64,000 nucleotides of DNA from Chrysomallon squamiferum. Lineage: Eukaryota; Animalia; Mollusca. Below the pieces are notes generated by a model, which had not been told where the DNA came from, made no database searches, and saw only the letters and a list, made by a program, of their open reading frames with translations. Every line of letters starts with the position of its first letter. Within the stretch, counting starts at the first letter, position 1. The stretch spans positions 13,950,001 through 14,014,000 of the forward strand of contig CM022672.1 of assembly GCA_012295275.1 (NCBI GenBank), in the 5' to 3' direction. Position numbers and translations under genes: made by a program. This document shows, in pieces, positions 45,472-58,523 of this stretch.

Positions 45472-47701
45472 ATGTGTCTTTGTCTAAATTTCAAGGTGTA
45501 GACGGATTTTCATCTACCTGGCCAGGAACAACAGTAGAAGGAGAAGAGTCTGCGGTGGGACACTGTGCTGCTGCTGTTACCGCTAATCCCCGTGATGACG
45601 CCTTTCATAGGACAGAGGAAGGAGAAACTTTTGTCGAAACCGTTTACATTATCTGATGATGAAGAAGAGTAACTACAGCAGCACAATAAAAACAACAAAA
45701 ATACCAATATGCATAGATAGTTGCATATATAGATAGACACACAGACAGATGGTGGACAGACGAACAGACAGACAGACAAACAGATAGATAAATAGATAGG
45801 TAGGTAGGTAGGAAGGTAGATAAACGAAAGTGATCATCTTGTACCGTTCAGAGACAATGGATGAACTGATACAAGATGTAATGTCAAGACATGATGGTCA
45901 GATAAATTTCAAAACACGTGAATCTGCTATTGAAATAAAAGGGTTAATTTCAGTCAGTTTTGGTATTATTTTGGATTTCAGGTCGAACGGCCCGATGCAT
46001 CTCTGCAGAGGCTCGCTAAATCGGAGGACAAAAATCTGATTCCATATATATATATAATATTACTAACTCGACCAATGGCAATCGTTTGTTGCTCCGGTTT
46101 CGAAACATTCGAAATACCACCTCCTGTCCTTGTACGTGCTGTTGTGGTAACTGGTCATGTTTCCTATACTTTCACCGTTGGGACACACGAACGTAAATGA
46201 TTCGTTGAACGAGTTCTTCCAGTGCATATGACTAGTACCAGCACCGAAAATTATCACCAAACAAAAAAGTACCTAGTAAAAAAAAAAAAAAAAAATAAAT
46301 AAATAAATAAAAAATAAATAAATAAATAAATAAAAAAAAATAATAATAACAACAATATTGATGATGATGATAGTGATGATTACGATGATGGTGATCGTGA
46401 TGATGATGATGATTATAATAATAATAACAATGATGATGATAATAATAACAGCTTAAACAAAGCAAGTAATATGTAATCACAAAAATGCCTATGCACATCA
46501 CCGTCTTGAAAGCAAGTAGACAACATTAGATTTTTGGTTTTATTCTGCTAAGACAGTAATGAATATTTTAATGTGAAATTCACAAATTCTGTCAGTAACA
46601 GCTGCATAGAAGACACTGTTAATAGTAGAAGCAGTCATGTCAGTTAGAAGTATTAGTATTAGTAGTAGTAACAGTAATGAAAGCAGTAACAGTACAAGTA
46701 TTAGAATAATTTGTTGATGTTACATTAGAAGACATCACTAGGACTAACAGATGAAAATACTGGTACTCCTGCAACTGCTACTGCTACTACTGCTACTACT
46801 CGTAATAGTTGTACAGGTAGTTGTGGTGTTACTAGTTTTGTATTTGGACAAATTGCACAAGTTACATTCGAAGAATTAACAGTGACAGAAATAACAGTAA
46901 TTTCGAAAACAACAGTATAAATAGTTGAAGTAATAATAGTACTGATGGCACTAGTAATAACAGTAAAAATAACAGCATTAGTAGCAGAAGCAGAGGTAGC
47001 AGAAGGAGTGATCGGATTAGTAGTAATGGTACAGTTAACAAAATAACAATACAAGTGATAGTAGTAGTAATAGCATGCACAATAACACAAGTAATAGTAG
47101 TAGTGATAGCACGAGTATGACACAAGTAATAGTAGCAGTGATAACACGTGTAATAACAAGTAATAGAAGTACTGATAGCACGAGTGATAATACAAGTCAC
47201 AGTATTATTGATAGCACGAGTGATAATACAAGTAATAGTCGTATTGATAGCACGAGTGATGATACAAGTTACAGTAATCTTGATAACATGTGTAATAACA
47301 CAAGTAATAGTAGTATTGATAATACAAGTCACAGTATTATTGATAGCACGAGTGATAATACAAGTAATAGTCGTATTGTTAGCACGAGTGATAATACAAG
47401 TTATAGTAATCTTGATAACATGTGTAATAACACAAGTCACAGTATTATTGATAGCACGAGTGATACTACAAGTCACAGTATTATTGATAGCACGAGTGAT
47501 ACTACAAGTCACAGTATTATTGATAGCACGAGTGATACTACAAGTAACAGAATTATTGATAGCACGAGTGATACTACAAGTAATAGTAGTTTTGATAGCA
47601 CGAGTGATACTACAAGTAACACAAGTAATAGAAGTAATTAACTGTTTTTTACTGCACAAAACTTATGAAAGCAAAAAAAAAAAAAATTGCTTTACCTTCA
47701 T
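44592..47701 (-). CDS. Secreted dermatopontin / hemagglutinin-amebocyte aggregation factor family protein, copy A (170 aa)
   Basis: Exons 47701-47696, 46272-46068, 45652-45518, 45067-44941, 44631-44592 total 513 nt. Signal peptide MKVLFCLVIIFGAGTS. Three DERM repeats: WKNSFNESFTFVCP..SYHNSTYKDRRWYFEC; NGFDKSFSFLCP..GVITG..RRLFSFYCC; FELPYGKVLTGVSSAYSNYNEESRWKFQVC. Confidence 0.88.
47150..47635. repeat. 36-bp minisatellite in intron 1 of dermatopontin A
   Basis: Unit GATAGCACGAGTGATACTACAAGTCACAGTATTATT and variants, about 12-13 units. Confidence 0.9.
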
Positions 47702-47745
47702 TGCTGTCATCCGCGCAGTTGTTCTGACAAGTACAGATTTCAAGT

Positions 47746-47752
47746 TTTTATA
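47746..47752 (-). promoter_or_regulatory. TATA box of dermatopontin A
   Basis: TATAAAA about 45-50 nt upstream of the ATG at 47701. Confidence 0.55.
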
Positions 47753-48178
47753 TCACCTGACTCGCTAAATGACAATACTGTTCAATACTTTACCTTACTT
47801 ATGTCTTTTTTTGTTGTTTTTTTTAAATTAAAAGGATGAAAGCTCAGTCAGCGACATATTGGCATTTGTCGTACACCTGTCGATAAAAAAAAACAACAAA
47901 AAAAAAAAAAAAAAAACAACAACGAAAAAAACCCAACAAAAAACGACAATAACAAAATAACGAAATACATAGTTAAATTGTACAAAAACATGTATGCATG
48001 GATGTGTATGTGAAAGTCTGTTCAGGACTGAGCTTCTCTCTAAGTTGTAAAATCTTGTATGATCTGTAATGACAAACAGTCTTTCACTACTAATCAGGCT
48101 CGGATTATGCTTAGATAAGGTGCTGATGGTGGTGGTGGTGGGAGGGTTTGGGTGACGTTTCCAAAACAATAAGTAAAT

Positions 48179-48217
<39 letters not shown>

Positions 48218-48320
48218 ATAGCGATAGGTCCCCCTCTCAGTCGTTGTGCACATCAATTTTTTTTAGCCTGGGGGCGGGTCAGGTTAATTGGGAATGACAG
48301 ATTTAAAACAGTTTTGCTAA

Positions 48321-48351
<31 letters not shown>

Positions 48352-49102
48352 TTTTATTATTATTGTTAATTTTTAGTGACAATAATTAGCGCTAGTTTTC
48401 CTTATGAGTTCTTTACACAGATTCATAAAAATTCATAAAAATCTAACTTGCTAAGAACTCTCTTCGTAATCAACATCTCTGTCAAGATGAATATATCATC
48501 TGAATCTGGAATAGTATGCCACATACTAATTACTAAATCAAACACAATAAACGCGCTTTTCAGACATCGACAGCAACAGCAATCACTACGGCCGCGATAG
48601 CTCCCGAGAACATCCCACATTTTGGTGTCCAAAACCAAGTTCCTGCTACAGCAAATATTTGTTTGAAAACTGGCAGTCTACGAGAGAAATGCATAATTTT
48701 GAAACTTGTATATGATTTAAAGTCTCGAATAAACTTAGCTTGGTTACATGACGATGATTTTGAAACGATAAATTTGTCTGCTGATTATCCGTTGTTTTTC
48801 AAAAATTATATTCGTCAAAAACGAAAACGATGATGAAGCTGAACATGTATACTGTTTCGTGATATTTGTTGTTGTTGAAAACGCGTAAATGTAAAGACGA
48901 AACAGGAACGAAAATAAAGGAATCCAGTTCAAGGAAAGCAAAATGGACACAAAAATCAGGCAACCATCTGCAACACACTCCCACACACACACGCACGCAC
49001 ACACACACTTTACTGTAATTTTAAAATTTTATTTCAATTCGCAAAAAAATAAAAATAAAAATAAAAAATAAAAAAAAATAAAAAAAAATAGAAAGAAAAA
49101 GT

Positions 49103-49187
49103 TACATTTTGACACGGCATCTGTGACCATTGTAACCTTGACTGTATCGAAAAGTGTTAAAAAACGAGAAGGTTGTGTGATATAAAA
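49103..49187. promoter_or_regulatory. Conserved non-coding element upstream of dermatopontin A (paralogous to 62697-62784)
   Basis: Aligns at roughly 80% identity by eye over ~85 bp with the sequence upstream of copy B. Confidence 0.6.
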
Positions 49188-49268
49188 CCTTATTTAGAAC
49201 AAACAAACAATAAAAAAAAAATTAAAAAATGAAACGTACATATACACACATAAGCGTATATACACATG

Positions 49269-49406
49269 ATTTTAGATTATATTAAAATATATATACAAAC
49301 ACATACATACACGCATATATATTCATAACAGATTTCTTATTCATGTATGTTTACTCATGTATATGTGTGTATGTGTATGTATATATATTTTAATATAATC
49401 TAAAAT
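49269..49406. repeat. Short inverted repeat (29-bp perfect arms extended by CA/TG tracts)
   Basis: ATTTTAGATTATATTAAAATATATATACA (49269-49297) versus TGTATATATATTTTAATATAATCTAAAAT (49378-49406). Confidence 0.85.
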
Positions 49407-49590
49407 TTCATAATAAATAAAGGGAAAAAAAGAAAAAAAAGGAGGATCTGATTGTGAAAAGAAAAGCATTCAGACGCCCTCACGCAACACACACGTATAC
49501 ACACTTACACACACATATTAGGATTTTGGTCATAGAATTGTTAAACATAGAAAAATGCTTGATGAGTCCATTTGCTTTTATTACTGAACG

Positions 49591-49684
<94 letters not shown>

Positions 49685-49769
49685 AATTATGTGTATGATT
49701 GTGTTTCTATGTCTGTGTGTGTCTATATATATATATATATGTATACATATATACGTATGTATGTATGTA

Positions 49770-49805
<36 letters not shown>

Positions 49806-51649
49806 TGTATGTATGTATGTATGTATGTATGTATGTATGTATGTATTTTACTTCAAATGGTAATTTTAAGGCAGTGTTTAGTCGATACTATCTGTCCATT
49901 AAAACAATTATACAGCTTAAAAGCCTGAACTCACCAAACTTTTGTATGTCTACATTTAGCGCTTATTTTATTTTGTTCTATTTATTTTATTTTATTTTAT
50001 TTTATTTCATTTCATGTGTACAAAGAAACATATATCTAAACATATCCAATGAAATGAAAGAAGCCACAAATTTCTTTTGTTTTCACTTCAGATATCCAAT
50101 AAAAATTCAGATCACTGAGTTGCCGATAGGTATATGGATATTAATAGCTAAACGTAATGAAATATTTTAAAGACACACACAAGGACAAACACAACACTAA
50201 CACATACACTAAAGCATGTGACATGCTGATTATTAACATAATTTAACTTATATATTAGTAAGGGTATCTGAATCATAATGAAAATGTATTCTTCTCTCTT
50301 TATTTATTTTAAATAATTAAAATTAAAACACACACGCACACACACATATTGTTTGCTTTCATTCGGGTATATTTCTAATGCATTTTTCGTCCCATCATTT
50401 ATTAACTGATTATTTCATTCTTTTCTTCATTTTAAAAAAAATATATATCTTTAATTTTTGACTTTTTAATTTTTTTTATATTTCTGTAATACCAGATAAT
50501 TTCTGTTTGTTTACAGATGAAATAACATTTCTCATATTTCACAAGAAAATATTTGATACATCAATTATAAAAAGACAAACGTGTTTCTGATAACAGGAGT
50601 CTCAGCATATTTTTTTCTCTTTCTCTCTCTACGTACACAAACACCCGCCCAAACACGTTTACATATAGACAAAGTATTGTTTTTAGTTATATAGTTAAAA
50701 TACTATCAAAAGTTTCTATATTTTACTCATCAAAGACACGGAGGAACATCAGTGTCATGCGAACTATTTAGTGAATTATATTTAATCTAATTTATATGTT
50801 CTGTACCTATGGTGAACAGTCCCCCAGGAACACATTTTTCAAGTATGAGTTCCCGTATTAGCCACACTGAGGTGGGGGTGTCATCACTCACCAGGTGACT
50901 CCTTGTCGCTGCGTTTAAGGTACATTATTTGTTTATTTATTTATTATTTATTTACTTATTTGCTTTTCATTTATTTTCTTTACTTTAAAATTTACTTTAT
51001 TTTATTGTATATATGATTTTTATTTTACTTTGTTTTGTTTTGTTTTGTTTTATTTCATTTTGTTTTGTTTTGTTTTATTTTATTTCATTTTGTTTTGTTT
51101 TATTTTATTTCATTTTGTTTTGTTTTATTTTATGATGTTTTATTTTTTATATATACTTTTTTTTTAGTCTCTTCCATTCTGTTATTAATGGTGAGGAATA
51201 ACTGTAGGGTAGTTATTTTATTTTTATTTTTTCATTGTTATTTAATTTTCATTTCAATACAAACAGTATACGACACTCCAATTAAAAAAAAATAAAAAAA
51301 AAATAATCATGTATTTTTCTTTATTTATTAAACTAAAGGTTCATATATTTTTCTTTCTTTCTTTCTTTATATATAAATTGTTTCAGAGTGCTAATGTAGA
51401 GATAACGTTTCCAGTCATTTAAGTATATACTAAAACTTCTTTTGTATTGAATAAATAAAGCCAATTACACTAAAGGAATTACTTAAAAGTTAGGCGAAAG
51501 GATAAAACGAGCTGCTAAATTCAAATATAAATGTGAATGGATTGGCTATATATATTTCAATAAACCGTTTACCATATACAAATGAAATAATACTTTTTTT
51601 GAAAGCGAAGAAATCAACTCTGAGTCTAGCATCGTAGGAAAGATGGGGA

Positions 51650-53720
51650 AGACCAGTCACATACCTAAATACCTAAATCGACCTCCTCCTAATGTATTAA
51701 ATAAATAAATATCATATTTCTATCGAAGAGATGCATTGTATAATGCAATAAGCAGAAATTAAATCTAACTTCTATCATGGACCATATTAAAGTTTTGTTA
51801 CCGAAATGATGCATTAAATAAATAAACGGTGTCATGTATCCATTGCAGAGTTAAAAGTCATATAATGCAACAATTAAGATCTAAACTTTACTCTTACTCT
51901 TAGGCGTATTAAAGACAGAACGAAAGAATAACAATAAAAAAAAGATCCCAGGGTCAGACCTAAACAGCTAAATCGAGCCTCCTCCTCCATTCCACCTCGC
52001 CATTATTTCTACAAGTAATACGATGCGATACAACAGGAAGCAAATATAAGTATTAATGATTAAATAGCTATTAAACGTACATGTAAATAAATAATCTGTG
52101 TCATGTATGCAAACCAGTAATTCTATAGTATAGCTTATTTGTCATAACACGGGACATAACACGGAGGGATGGGACATAACGCGGAGCGAAATACAAATAT
52201 TAATGATTATATACCTATTAAACGTACATGTAAATAAACTGTGTCATCATGCTAATGGAGAAATGATAGATTCAATGCATTGTCTTCATAGTGTAGGTAA
52301 TTTGTCTTATGTTAAGGAAATGATGTGTTAAATAAATAAAGCCTTTCACGTTGCTGTTGTAAAGATTTATTAAATGATCTCTTAAGTAGAAAATAAACCT
52401 AACTCGTATCATGGAAGCATATTAAAGGCTTGTTACCGAACAGAAAATAATTTAAAAAAAAGGAAAAAAAAAAGAGATCCCAAGGCCTAACTTAAGTAGC
52501 TAAATCGAACCCCCTCCTAACTACACCTCGCCATTATTTCTGCAAGTTATACGATGTGATACAATGCGGCGCGAAATACAAATATTAATAATTAAATAGC
52601 TATTAAACTTAAATCAACTGTCATAATTCTAATGTGGAAGTAATGTATATAGTATAGCTTATTTGTCTTCTATTAAGGAACTGATATATTAAATAAACCT
52701 TATTACAGAGATGTATTATATAATCTAATAAGTAAAAGTTAAATCTAACTGCTACCATCTAACCATATTAAATTTTAGTAACCGAAATGATGTATTAAAT
52801 AAATGATCCGTATTATATATCCATTGTAGAGATAAATAGTTATATTACGTAACATTTAAAATCTAAACTTTACTCTTATCGTCGAAGTGTATTAAAGTAT
52901 TGTTATCGAAGTGATGTATTAAATAAATAAACCTTATTACAGTTCTATCGTAGGGATGCATTATATAATCTAAAAAGTCGAAATTAAATCTAAGAACTAT
53001 CATCGAACCAAATTAATGTGTTGTTACCGAAATTAAATAAATGAACCGTATCATATATCCATAGCAGAGATAATAGTTCTATAACGCAACAATTAAAAAC
53101 TAGACTTTACTGTTATCGTGGAAGTGTATTAAAGTGTTGTTACCGAAGTGATGTACTAAATAAATAAACCCTAGTGTGTACCTAGCATCGAACGAAAGCG
53201 ATCGGACAGAAATAACTGAAAAGAAACAACGAAAAAAAGAAAAAAAGAAAAAACATCCCAAGGCCTAACCTAAACAGCTAAATCGAGCCTCCTCCTCCAT
53301 TCCACCTCGCCATTATTTCTACAAGTAATACGATGTGATACAACACGAAGCAAATATAAGTATTAATGATTAAATAGCTATTAAACGTACATGTAAATAA
53401 ATAATCTGTGTGATACTGCTCCTAATGTAGAAGTTATGTATGCAAACCAGTAATTCTATAGTATAGCTTATTTGTCTTCTGTTAAGGAAATTATGAATTA
53501 AATAAATAAACCGTATCACATTTCTGTTATATAATCCAATAAATAGACCTTAATGCTAATTACTGTGATGGAACTATATTATAGTTTTGTCACAAAAATG
53601 CTGTATTAAATTAATAAATGGTATCACTTATCTGGTGCAGAGTTAAACCCTACAGTGGACCTAGCATCGAACGAAAGGGATGGGACCGTGTTAAAGTTTT
53701 GTTATGGAAGTGATATACTG
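51650..53720. repeat. Complex degenerate tandem/segmental repeat array
   Basis: Block CTAAATCGAGCCTCCTCCTCCATTCCACCTCGCCATTATTTCTACAAG at ~51968 and ~53278, a variant at ~52500 and a partial at ~51673. Sub-unit TATTAAAG..TTGTTACCGAA.TGATGTATTAAATAAATAAAC recurs about 8 times. Confidence 0.8.
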
Positions 53721-54500
53721 AGTAAATAGATGATATTGTAGAAATAGTAGTGTTATGTATCTGTCAATAAACTGTGCTATATTATGCTAATGTAGAAGTA
53801 ATGTATGCATTCCATTATGTTTTACTGTTATTGAGGATATTACTCTTATTGAGGGTGTGGTGTATTTAAGAAGAGAGTATATGACATTATTGTTTTAGAG
53901 ATGGATTATTTAATGAAATAAGTAGAAAAGAAACTTTGATGTTATTGCGAATCCATGCTGAAATGTTGTAATCGTTTTAAATAAAGTGTGACTGATAAAT
54001 ATTTTTATACTGAAATTTTTGAATGCTGTCATAAAGATTAACTATTATTGTAAATTAAAAAAAAAATGTATTGAAACCTATTCTTTTGCTATTGTGAACA
54101 ATTTTTGTATGTATCTAGAATGTTTTTATGTCAGTACAAATCTAATATTTGTGTGTATCTAGAATGTAGTTTTATCGATTGTAGAAATAATGACAAGAGA
54201 ATGGTAGCTGGATATTAGATTGTAGAAGAAGAAAAATTTGTAAAAACTTTTCTGTGTATGAAATGTGTGTTACACGATAAGTGAAAGATGTGTTAACTGA
54301 TAATAATAAAACGCGATATTGTATTAAATTTATATATGAGTATTATATTTATATATGAATAAAGAAACCTCCGAAATCTATATAGATATAACTAAATAAA
54401 CTGTACAATCACTATAAAACTGGGTTACGGTGGAAAAATATCTAAGTGCTTTATTTATTTTTATAATTAATTAATTATTATGATTATGATTATGATTATG

Positions 54501-54549
<49 letters not shown>

Positions 54550-56336
54550 TGATATCTTTATTGATTTATAACTATTTTAATTAACTTTCTGTTTATTGTG
54601 TCGTATACTGTTAAATTTGGAAGCGTCAGCCAAAACATCACAATTTAAAAGAAAATTTTGACGCACATTTTGACGATTCACCAAAATAAAATAGATCGGA
54701 ATATATGTTCTGTGAAACTTATATACCAAGTTTGATTTAAAAAAAAAAAAAAGATTTCTGAATGCCAAGTTTGAAATTGTATTTCCGATCAAGAATCAGA
54801 AATGCTTTAATATCTCTAAAATTTCTTAGAGTATCGGCCCAAAACCTGAAAACAAGAAAAAAAGAAGTGATTATTTATTCTGTACTCACTGGATTCCCAA
54901 GAATTAACGAAGTAAATGCACAAAATCCGAGATGAAAAGAGCTCAAAATAATCCAAATGGCATCACCTACCAAGTTGTTTATCGGAGTCACGTCGTTCCA
55001 TTGTTGACGTCGTTTTTATACCATGGTAGCGGACGTCGCTGAAATCAGCAACGACGGCGCTGTTTGGAAATGTAACGTCAATGTTGTGTTTCTTATTCTC
55101 AGTAATAAGTTAATTTAGCGCTTATTTTGTACAATTTACTTCCGAGTTTGACGAAAATATCTCGAAAACGTGATCTTCCTCGAGTACACTGGCATAATTT
55201 TATTGTAAAACTAGTAATTTTTCATGAAATGCAAGAAACATTACAAGATAGAGATGTCTTCAGAGTTTAGCTCATACTAAATTGCTCGTCAAGCATTCAT
55301 ATTAATGTTTATAGTTTATTAAATAATGTCTGACTGAAATAACATACATTAGAAGCTTATATGAAGATATGTTCTAGTTTCTTTATAAAAAACCCAACAA
55401 TAAAACACAACAAAACAAACAAAACAAGACAAAACAATAGGAAATAAATAAATAAATAAATAATAGTAATAGTAGAAGTAGGAGCAGTATATATATGTAA
55501 ATAATAAAATAAATAATAAAATAAATAAATAAATAAATAGATAAACTTCTATTTCTCTTGCTCTTTGTTTACTGTGTACTGACTGCATCGGTTGTTATGA
55601 AAACAAATGTTTGTTGAATGAAGATGTGTTACGACTAACACCAAGAGAGTAACGATTCCTATCCAGATTGAAACTCCTCAAACAAAATGTCTGTCAAACG
55701 CTGATAACTTTTCTAATGACGTCATCACTCTGAAGAACTCGGTGCACGTTTTATATTCATGATCAATGACGTAAAATATGAATGAGCAAGACTGTTCCAA
55801 GATAGGAATATTGTTTATATAGTGACTTTTATTTTGATTTATTTTAATTATAAATTTTCTTTTACTTTTCTGTTTATTTATTTATTTTTTATTTTTTTAC
55901 CTTTTATCTTTATTTTTGTTGTTGTTGTTGCTTAATACATACAGTATACGATACTCCCTACATCAAATAATTTCATATACTTTTACTTATTTTTTATTAA
56001 TCTGTTCCTTTTTTTTTTACCCATTATAAAGCACATATTAAAGTTTATTTTACTGCTATTGTGTAAATGGAATGTAACATGTAATTTCTGTGGCATGACA
56101 ACTGGGGAGAATGATGTTTTAAATAAATTAACCCTGCGATGAGACAAAACACGTCAGAAAACAAACATGACTGTTATTATTTGTTAATTTTAACCCTTTT
56201 CTTCTTATTCTTGTAGAAATAACATAATTGTATTATACATTAACGAAATGATACTTCTTTCTGAATCAGAGAAACTAACTGGCCCGACCTAAATATATAA
56301 ACAAGCCTCCTCTGTCCATTTCATCTCACCACTTGG

Positions 56337-56491
56337 AATGGTACATATTGTATGGTACATATTGTATGGTACATATTGTATGGTACATATTGTATGATAC
56401 ATACTGTATGGTACATACTGTATGGTACATATTGTATTGTACATATTGTATTGTACATATTGTATGGTACATATTGTATGGTACATATTGT
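56337..56491. repeat. 14-bp tandem repeat (GTACATATTGTATG) x ~11
   Basis: Directly visible, with few substitutions. Confidence 0.95.
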
Positions 56492-56841
56492 AAAAGTACT
56501 ACGCTTCTACTGCCTAGCCTAGACGCACACCTGGCTCATGTTTTTCTATGATTTCATGTTTTAATTCAATGGACATCATCCACTTCTACTTCTCAGCACT
56601 GTCCTTTGCACTCACTTTCTTAAGATCCATGGAACATTGGCAAAATACTGCACAAAACGCCAGCGCAACACAACATAGGTGCTTCCGCGGCGAGGTAACC
56701 TCGTCAAGCAAATCAGTAAGACGCGGGATGGTGGGCGGATGTTGTTTTGTTCATTGCGCTAACTAGCGGCGCCGCATTTGAAGCTCGCTCGTAACTCGGA
56801 AAACTTGTAAGTTGGAGAACTCGTAAGTCGAGGTACCACTG
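56337..56841 (-). mobile_element. 5' fragment of a Tigger/pogo transposon (TIR plus decayed N-terminal HTH)
   Basis: TA-CAGTGGTACCTCGACTTACGAG terminus at 56841. From ATG 56630: MDLKKVSAKDSAEK*KWMMSIELKHEIIEKHEPGVR / ARQ*KRSTFTICTI, typical of Tigger/CENP-B-family N-termini, with stops and a frameshift. Confidence 0.85.
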
Positions 56842-57818
56842 TATTAATGGTTTTATATGTATTAGACAGCCAAAAAAAAAAAAAAAATAATAATAAAAAA
56901 AAAAATAAACCCCAAAAAATAATAATAGTAATATAAATAAATAATAATAACAACAACAGTAAATTGAAAAAGTAAATATAATAAAGAAAACGAAACAAAA
57001 GAAAAAAAAAAAAAAAAGAAAAAAAGAATAAGAATAATAGAAGATAATTAAATTTGATTTAATAATAACATCTTGTTTTAAATTTCTTTTGAATCTTGAT
57101 CTTTAAATAAAAGATGCCTCGTAAAGACTGACTATATAACTTGTTAAACAACAGTTGATCAAATCATTTTATCTTTTATTTATAACTTCTTAGCTGATAA
57201 TAGATGATTTGATCGTTAATTATGCAAATGTGTTTAAAACACCTACTGTCATAACAAAATAAAAATGTTGTAAATTAACGCCAACAAATTATTTCTTCTT
57301 CTTCTACTACTACTACTACTACGACTACTACTACTACTACTACTACTATTATTACTACTACTATTGCTGCTACTACTACTACTACTCTCTCTCTCTCCAT
57401 TGACTATTTTTTTCTTTTTCTTACGAAAATATACTGCCATTTCCACATCTATCAGTTAAAATTTAAATAATCGCAGCAGTAGCAGCAGCAGTAGTAGTAG
57501 TAGTTATTGTTATTGTGGCAATAATAGTAGTAAGAGTACCTGTAGTAGAACAAGGAATAAAATAGTAGTAGTAATCATAATAGTGATTATTATGATGAAG
57601 ATGATGCTGTTGGTAAGGAATGCACATGTTGCTATAGTAGAAGTAGTAGCAGTAGTAGAAGTAGTAGAAGAAGGAATGTAGAGGCAACAGTATTAGGTGC
57701 AGTACCAGCAGTTGTTTAATGCTATGTTCAGTTTTAAGCTATAAAAGACTAGCAGTTTGATAACATCTTTTATTTTCACACACAAATTAAGAAGATTTTA
57801 TCAAAACATGAATCCAGT

Positions 57819-58486
57819 TTATATTCCACTGTCTCCATGTAGCCTTGAGATCTCTGTCTTCTCTGCTGAAAACAAAAATAAAGAATTCAGATTATTAATA
57901 AATAAAATCGCCACAGAATTATTATTTACCAGATATCGGTGTACATGTACTAGTAGTAATAATAGTAGTAGTCTTAGTCACAGTAGTAGTGACAGCAGTG
58001 TTAAAAGTAATAGTGGTAGTTTTAGTGATAGTAGTAGTTGCAGTAGTAGAAGAGAACAAGAAAAAAAATGTTCTTGAAGAGTAGCATTAATAGTGTTAGT
58101 TTTTCTGTTGAAACAGTCAATAGTAGCAATAGCAAGTGCTAGTAGTAATGACAGTAAAATTAAATGTTGTACGGACGTACTACCACTAGACGTTTAAATA
58201 GTAGTAATAGCAGAAGAAGCAATAATAAGAGTAGTAAAGCACTGTTAATAATAGCAGCACTAATAGTATTAGAAGAAGTAACAGTAATAATAGAGGTAAT
58301 AATAACTGAATCACAATAGTAATAGAACACGTAGCAGATGTAATAATAGTAGAACTAACAACAGTAGTAGAAGAAGGAGTAGTAATAGTAGATCAACTAA
58401 TAGTAGTTGAAAATGAGAAAAATAATTGAAATTTTAGTGAAAACAATTGATAGATGTTAACCCGTTTGTCTTATCTAATTTATCTA

Positions 58487-58523
<37 letters not shown>

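Noticed and set aside
45131-45501. Overlapping V/C/Y/M- and H/T/I-rich ORFs, plus similar poly-I/Y/L/N ORFs elsewhere
   Set aside because: Translations of (TG)n, (TATG)n and (AAT)n microsatellites.
46725-47768. Ser/Thr/Asn-rich or Ile/Val-rich ORFs of 150-265 aa
   Set aside because: Open in several frames on both strands because of the triplet-periodic intronic minisatellite; no splice or start support.
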